64,000 nt of DNA from Nitrospirota bacterium. GTDB lineage: Bacteria > Nitrospirota > Nitrospiria > Nitrospirales > NS-4. A program made the position numbers and the translations under genes. Positions 59,251-64,000 of the stretch are shown piece by piece. The notes beneath the pieces were generated by a model. It had not been told where the DNA came from and did not search any database. It saw nothing but the letters and a program-made list of their open reading frames with translations. Where the stretch lies: contig CAWBGA010000017.1 of assembly GCA_963788195.1 (NCBI GenBank), forward strand, positions 192,001 through 256,000. The letters are read 5' to 3'. How positions within the stretch are numbered: the first letter of the stretch is position 1; each line of letters opens with the position of its first letter.

Positions 59251-59439
59251 TTATTGTTTTTTCTGGAAGATGCTGGCATCGCAGGAGATATACTTGATTT
59301 GCCGCATCGGCACAATAATTACCTCTTTGGCGGTGTCGATCTCAAGGATCTCCATGTCGTCGCTGATGGTATGGCGAATGACATTGTTATAGAGTAATTC
59401 TTCCTTGTCGGTCAGGACGACGCGAACCCAATATTCCAC
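59251..59439 (-). CDS. Small hypothetical protein (62 aa)
   Basis: SD AGAGGA before GTG; fills the gap between the radical SAM and LysM genes. Confidence 0.7.
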   Translation of the reverse strand: MEYWVRVVLTDKEELLYNNVIRHTISDDMEILEIDTAKEVIIVPMRQIKYISCDASIFQKKQ

Positions 59440-59451
59440 TCTGGTCCTCTT

Positions 59452-60702
59452 TTAGACCGGGACCGGCACCCGCTCGAATTCCTTTGACGCCGGATTGCGG
59501 ACATAGTCATGAATGTAACTGCTTAAATAACCGTGCTCCCAGAGTTTCGTGTCGGCGACCTTCGTGTTGATCTTTCCCAAGATCTTCACCTTGACCTTAC
59601 TCTTCTCCTTGAACTCCTCCAGACTCATGCCGCTGATGTCGCAATCGTTCCCTCGGGGGCTTTCGATAATACATTTGGGCAGGTAAATGAACTTCTCGCC
59701 GTTCAATCGGTTCAGGATATCCTGAAACGTCAACAAAATGGTGCAGTCGGAGTCCCCGCCTAGCGTGGTGTTCGGCACATAGAGGAAGCGGGCGCGGTTC
59801 TTCCGGTACATCGTCAGGATTTTATAGACGCTCTTAGCCATCACGACTGTGTCGCGCTTGTCGAGTTCCAGATGATCGAAGAGGGACATGATCTTGTAAC
59901 GGTTAAGAAAGGCCGTGATGTAGGGCTCCGTATGGATCGTCGTCGGGTTGGGGAGCCCCGTTTCGTACACCCGTACCGCCTCCTGGGGAAGGGCCTCTTT
60001 TCCTTGGCGGCACATCTTTACCGTGGTCTCGTCCATGCCTTTTAACGGCGTCAGGCAACCCATCCACAGGATGACGTTCGGATTGAGACCGGAGATCGTC
60101 CGCGCGTCTTCAGACATCGTGGACGAGTCAAAGGAGTAAAAATTCGCGGACGTCACCGCGGGGCCGTCCAGGACTTTGAGAACATGGGAAATGGACGGGG
60201 CATGCGGCATCAGCGCCTTCCGATAGTCTTTATGCAAGGTAATGACCGAGAGCTCAAAATTAATGCGGTTTGGATACGTGACCGCCAATTGATGGATCTT
60301 CGGAACATGGACGTAGCCGACCGTGAATATCGTGACCGCCTTGTCGGTATATCTCAGGAAGTCCTCCAGCCACTCCATCGCCTTGGGATGCAGGAAGAGG
60401 TCAGTCCATTCCATATACTCATTGCCGCCCCATACCCAGTTCTCATTCGGGCGCGTGGGCTTCTTGCTGATGTAGTCGAGGATGTAGTTCCATTCCTCCT
60501 GGGTAGTCCGGCCTGGCTCCTCGGTGCGCCGGTAGCTGTGGTCGATCTCATAGCAGAACGTGCATTTCACAGGGCAGGTCTTGCCGATGCTGATCGGAAT
60601 CTTGCGCTTATCCATCTCTTTACGAAGGACCGCTTGCGAATCTGTCGCGTGGGGATACGTCAGCCTGGCATCAGTTGGAATGACGGGAAGTTCAGTGGGC
60701 AT
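59452..60702 (-). CDS. Radical SAM protein with DUF512-like C-terminus
   Basis: CxxxCxxC motif CPVKCTFC; C-terminal VPNTTLGG...LLTFQDI...LP...DISGMSLEE. Confidence 0.7.
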   Translation of the reverse strand: MPTELPVIPTDARLTYPHATDSQAVLRKEMDKRKIPISIGKTCPVKCTFCYEIDHSYRRTEEPGRTTQEEWNYILDYISKKPTRPNENWVWGGNEYMEWTDLFLHPKAMEWLEDFLRYTDKAVTIFTVGYVHVPKIHQLAVTYPNRINFELSVITLHKDYRKALMPHAPSISHVLKVLDGPAVTSANFYSFDSSTMSEDARTISGLNPNVILWMGCLTPLKGMDETTVKMCRQGKEALPQEAVRVYETGLPNPTTIHTEPYITAFLNRYKIMSLFDHLELDKRDTVVMAKSVYKILTMYRKNRARFLYVPNTTLGGDSDCTILLTFQDILNRLNGEKFIYLPKCIIESPRGNDCDISGMSLEEFKEKSKVKVKILGKINTKVADTKLWEHGYLSSYIHDYVRNPASKEFERVPVPV

Positions 60703-60944
60703 AGTCAATTACTCTACCTGACAGGTCGTAATTGTCGCAAGCCTGCCGTTGCCACAACAAGATAACAGACCTTCATGATAGCCACTGGCCCCAGACTCGC
60801 AGGCTCGGCAGCGAAATGTCAGCAATTGATTCCTGCTCTCGAGAGCCTAACGATTGGGGCTATTTTATAGGAAAGTTATATCCGGATGCTCTAGTCAAAA
60901 TAACAGCAGTCGAGAGTCCCGTGGCGTGCTACCCGGGACCGGTA

Positions 60945-61349
60945 TTATTGGCGTGCGTTGCCTGGCTTGATCAGCGAGAGTTGCTTGACCGCGGCGTTGA
61001 CTGCCATCCGCGCTTTAGTGGCTGGATTCAGTGTCACCCCCGGGTCGACATCGGAACCGAACTTCGCGACCTTTTGGCAGTACCTGATCGCTTCGCGTAG
61101 ATGCCCGGCCGCTTCCGTGCTGTGAGGATCAACCGGTGTCAGCATGCCAAGGATCGCCTCTGCGTGCTTTGTCACTTCCCCGCAATGATGCACGATCGCC
61201 TTTGCGTCCCCCATGCCGCCATGGGCGACCATGTCCTCAGCATCTTTCTGCATCGCCGCCGCATGACCCGGAATGTCTGTAGACAACGACCAGGCGTGAA
61301 CAGGCCACTGCGCGAGAATGGCGAACATCAATAGAATTGCGATAAACAC
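60945..61349 (-). CDS. Exported His-rich helical protein (SmbP-like metal-binding)
   Basis: Signal peptide; periodic His in AHGGMG, HHCGEVTKHAE, HLREAI. Confidence 0.6.
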   Translation of the reverse strand: MFIAILLMFAILAQWPVHAWSLSTDIPGHAAAMQKDAEDMVAHGGMGDAKAIVHHCGEVTKHAEAILGMLTPVDPHSTEAAGHLREAIRYCQKVAKFGSDVDPGVTLNPATKARMAVNAAVKQLSLIKPGNARQ

Positions 61350-61352
61350 CCG

Positions 61353-61838
61353 CTACTGCCTGCCTGTCGTGAGTTTTCGGTAGAGACGGTGAAATCCTTC
61401 GGTGTCGAGGGAAGGATCCAGTAATTGCCTGAGCCCCTCATCATCTATACGATACTCGACGGTATCATCGAAATTCGAAGAGGCAATTGTAATAAACATG
61501 GGAGGAAATAGATAGGCCGGCAGAAGAATCCCGATACGCTGGTTGTACTTGATGGCCAGACGCAGCGCCGCTCGCGCCAAGTCTGCGGGGACCTCCCGAC
61601 CGATTCCGATATTGGGCGGAGGCTGCCCACTACGCGTAAATTGAAAATGGACATTCGGAAGGCCTGCGTCCACAAAATCCTTTTTGATCGCCGCTAAATC
61701 TCCCCGGTACTGATTCGCCAGTACCACCTCTACGCGCCCTTGAAGGACTGGGACGGCGGCGTCAGCAGACGCAGACAGCAAAAGCATCAAAGAGAACAGG
61801 CTGAAACTGAGCTCGGGAAGGCGCAGCACATTCTGCAC
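61353..61838 (-). CDS. Exported hypothetical protein
   Basis: Signal peptide ...SADA; 3-nt spacing to neighbours. Confidence 0.65.
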   Translation of the reverse strand: MQNVLRLPELSFSLFSLMLLLSASADAAVPVLQGRVEVVLANQYRGDLAAIKKDFVDAGLPNVHFQFTRSGQPPPNIGIGREVPADLARAALRLAIKYNQRIGILLPAYLFPPMFITIASSNFDDTVEYRIDDEGLRQLLDPSLDTEGFHRLYRKLTTGRQ

Positions 61839-61841
61839 TGG

Positions 61842-62639
61842 TTACTGCGTGGGGGACAGTGGCTGCCCCGGGGATTTGAACGTGAAATCAATGACCTTGG
61901 GACCGTCGGGGGATACAGTAATCTTCTGCTCATGGGGTGCCAGCACAGGATGCCATGCGCGAATCCGATAGGTGCCCGGCGGCAAGTCTGTGATCTCGAA
62001 TGTGCCGTCCAAGCCCGTCACCGCATAATACGGATTCTCTACCGCCAGGCCGTGCGCCTGCATGAAAGAGTGCATGCCGCACTGCATCGTCATCTCCCGG
62101 CGGCCGCCCGTAAACGTGATCGTATCGGTCGTCCCGGTCTTGGTCAGTGAGGGACGATGGAACATAATGAACACATGCTCGCGGTCCCGCTCATAGACCT
62201 GTAAATCATGGGACACCGGGTCGAGATTAAACACCGTCATCGGATGGCGGTCGCGTACAACCGACACAAATGGAAAAAATAAACAGACATTGGCCTCGAG
62301 CCGCGTTTCCTGTAGCTCAAACGGCTTCCCTTTTTCGACGCCCTCGATCGTCACCACAACATTTGTCAAGGCGCCGCTCGGCTCTACCCATACCTCCCTC
62401 AATAAACGATAGCCCGAGCCGTCGGAATGGGCGGCGCAAAAATCACGGTTCGGTGCTCGCCAGAGTTCAAACGCTTTGGCCGGCGGCAGGGTCCCTTCAA
62501 ACCGGACAGTCCCTTTGACTGTCGCACCATTGGTCACCTGTACTTCCTGGTAGGCGTCTGCCCGGACACAGACCCCGCCCATTATAATAACAATAGCGAC
62601 AACGCCAATCCGCTTCATCCACATCGTCTTCCAAGACAT
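61842..62639 (-). CDS. Exported protein with cupredoxin-like core and carboxypeptidase-regulatory-like domain
   Basis: NLDPVSH, CGMHSFM, NPYYAVTGLDGTFEITDLPPGTYRIRAWHP. Confidence 0.75.
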   Translation of the reverse strand: MSWKTMWMKRIGVVAIVIIMGGVCVRADAYQEVQVTNGATVKGTVRFEGTLPPAKAFELWRAPNRDFCAAHSDGSGYRLLREVWVEPSGALTNVVVTIEGVEKGKPFELQETRLEANVCLFFPFVSVVRDRHPMTVFNLDPVSHDLQVYERDREHVFIMFHRPSLTKTGTTDTITFTGGRREMTMQCGMHSFMQAHGLAVENPYYAVTGLDGTFEITDLPPGTYRIRAWHPVLAPHEQKITVSPDGPKVIDFTFKSPGQPLSPTQ

Positions 62640-62651
62640 GACATTCCCCTT

Positions 62652-62685
62652 AAAAAAACGGGGAGAGCGCTTTCGCCCTCCCCGT
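62652..62685 (-). terminator. Intrinsic terminator downstream of multicopper-oxidase-like gene
   Basis: Minus strand ACGGGGAGGGCG-AAAG-CGCTCTCCCCG then T7. Confidence 0.8.
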
Positions 62686-62709
62686 GCATAGCTCTTATCT
62701 CGTTACAGC

Positions 62710-64000
62710 TTACCGCACTGTTTCAGCCGGCGCATCCGCTGCGGTATTTGCGACATTGCCCGGCTGTCCCGCGGTGCGCGTTTCCGGCGGCTGTGGCATC
62801 AGCGGCAGGATCTGGCGATCCCCCGCGGGCAGAACCTTGAAGAGACCCCATTGTCCGGCATTCATGTACGCCGGACGTTGATTCTTCCACAGGTAGTCGC
62901 CGACGACCTTGTTGGGACCACCGGCACCGCCGTGAAGATAGGCGTTGATCACTTCAGAGCCGCCGAATTCCATCGTGCTCACCAGATCAGCCCCTTTCAT
63001 GTAGGGCTCGTGCGGCCATTCATGGCCGTCGACCGTGAAGAGTTGCACTTGCTCGCTGAAGGCCCCCAATACATGAATGGCGACGGGGTCCCCCACATGC
63101 GCCATTAGCATCGGTGTCGTGGGGAGCTCGCCCGCTTTCGCGCAGCTAAAGACTTCGGCGACCGTACAACCCTTTTCAATACGGTAGGCCGTCGGCTCGG
63201 ACCGGTAGTTCACCGCGGTAATGCCCGCATTCTGTTGAATATAGGGCATGAAGCTCACGCCAATGATGTTGTCTTCATCCTGAAACATCAGGGAGAAGCT
63301 TCGATAGTTAACGCGGGTCGCATTCTCCGGAATCGAGCGGTCTACGATCACGTCCGCTCGCCAGCTGCTCTTCATTGAAACATCGTCCCCCGTCAGGGGA
63401 TCGCGATACGTGGACCCCTTCGGTCCCACGATGATTGAGCCGAATAACCCGTTGCGTGGGTTTTCCACGACGTTGCCCCAGTCCTGGATCAACGCCGCTA
63501 GCTCGCCGTACTCCGGATGCGCGTAATAGGTATACGTGCGGCTTGCCCCTGGCGCGACCGTCTGGTCGCCGGGGTTATTCCCGATGTTCGCTCCGAATGA
63601 GTCCTTCGGATCGAAGGCCATCATGTCGACATGGAACCCGGCGCGCTCCTTGGCCATTTCGTTCTTAAGATTGATTTTAACGCAATCGCCGACATTCACA
63701 TGCAGCGTCAGCGGGCTCGGCCTGAGATCGCCGGCCTTGACCCGCCCCTTGTCGCCTTCCAGCACATACATTTTGCCTTGCTCATTACCGAAAATCATCT
63801 TGCGCTCGAGATCCACTTCCATGACGCCGGGCGCGGCCTCGTTATAGCGCAAATTTTGATCCATCGCGGTCACATTGAAATTCTTCAACGGCGCGCCTTC
63901 GGGGCACACCGACGGCGCTGATTTTTGGATCTGTTCGCGGCTCGGCAATGGCTTCAGGTCCTTTTGCATCTCGTCGAAGACCCGAATGATGCCCCAGCTG
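62710..64000 (-). CDS. Large multicopper-oxidase-like protein, C-terminal part (begins outside window)
   Basis: SWGIIRVF, PLTLHVNVGDCV, QTVAPGASRTYTYYA, GLFGSIIVGP, DGHEWP, GQWGLFKV cupredoxin-repeat patterns. Confidence 0.72.
   Translation of the reverse strand, partial: SWGIIRVFDEMQKDLKPLPSREQIQKSAPSVCPEGAPLKNFNVTAMDQNLRYNEAAPGVMEVDLERKMIFGNEQGKMYVLEGDKGRVKAGDLRPSPLTLHVNVGDCVKINLKNEMAKERAGFHVDMMAFDPKDSFGANIGNNPGDQTVAPGASRTYTYYAHPEYGELAALIQDWGNVVENPRNGLFGSIIVGPKGSTYRDPLTGDDVSMKSSWRADVIVDRSIPENATRVNYRSFSLMFQDEDNIIGVSFMPYIQQNAGITAVNYRSEPTAYRIEKGCTVAEVFSCAKAGELPTTPMLMAHVGDPVAIHVLGAFSEQVQLFTVDGHEWPHEPYMKGADLVSTMEFGGSEVINAYLHGGAGGPNKVVGDYLWKNQRPAYMNAGQWGLFKVLPAGDRQILPLMPQPPETRTAGQPGNVANTAADAPAETVR

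Overview
Chromosomal window from a Nitrospirota (Nitrospira-like) chemolithoautotroph, inferred from gene content and order. It is mostly core genome. From left to right: cytochrome c maturation system II (resB/ccsA), metK-ahcY, a signalling pocket (HDOD protein, orphan histidine kinase), and a minus-strand reductive-TCA supercluster (five-subunit 2-oxoacid:ferredoxin oxidoreductase, aclBA, aconitase, monomeric IDH, anchor-less fumarate reductase, sucCD). These are followed by tldD/tldE-queF, a class III PHA cluster, a radA-tsaB-rimI-tatC operon, uppS-cdsA-dxr-rseP-proS, a radical-SAM gene, and the 3' end of a multicopper-oxidase cluster. About 20 conserved genes carry frameshifts, which most likely reflect assembly indels. 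The most interesting unexplained signals are: two tandem, strongly nested, U-run-terminated structured RNA candidates at ~7.2-7.75 kb; a ~120-bp palindromic insertion inside radA; a synonymously diverged 9-aa repeat in the oxidoreductase alpha subunit; two 55-aa ORFs missed by the ORF track; and REP-like repeats in the rTCA operon. No rRNA, tRNA, CRISPR array or transposase was recognised.
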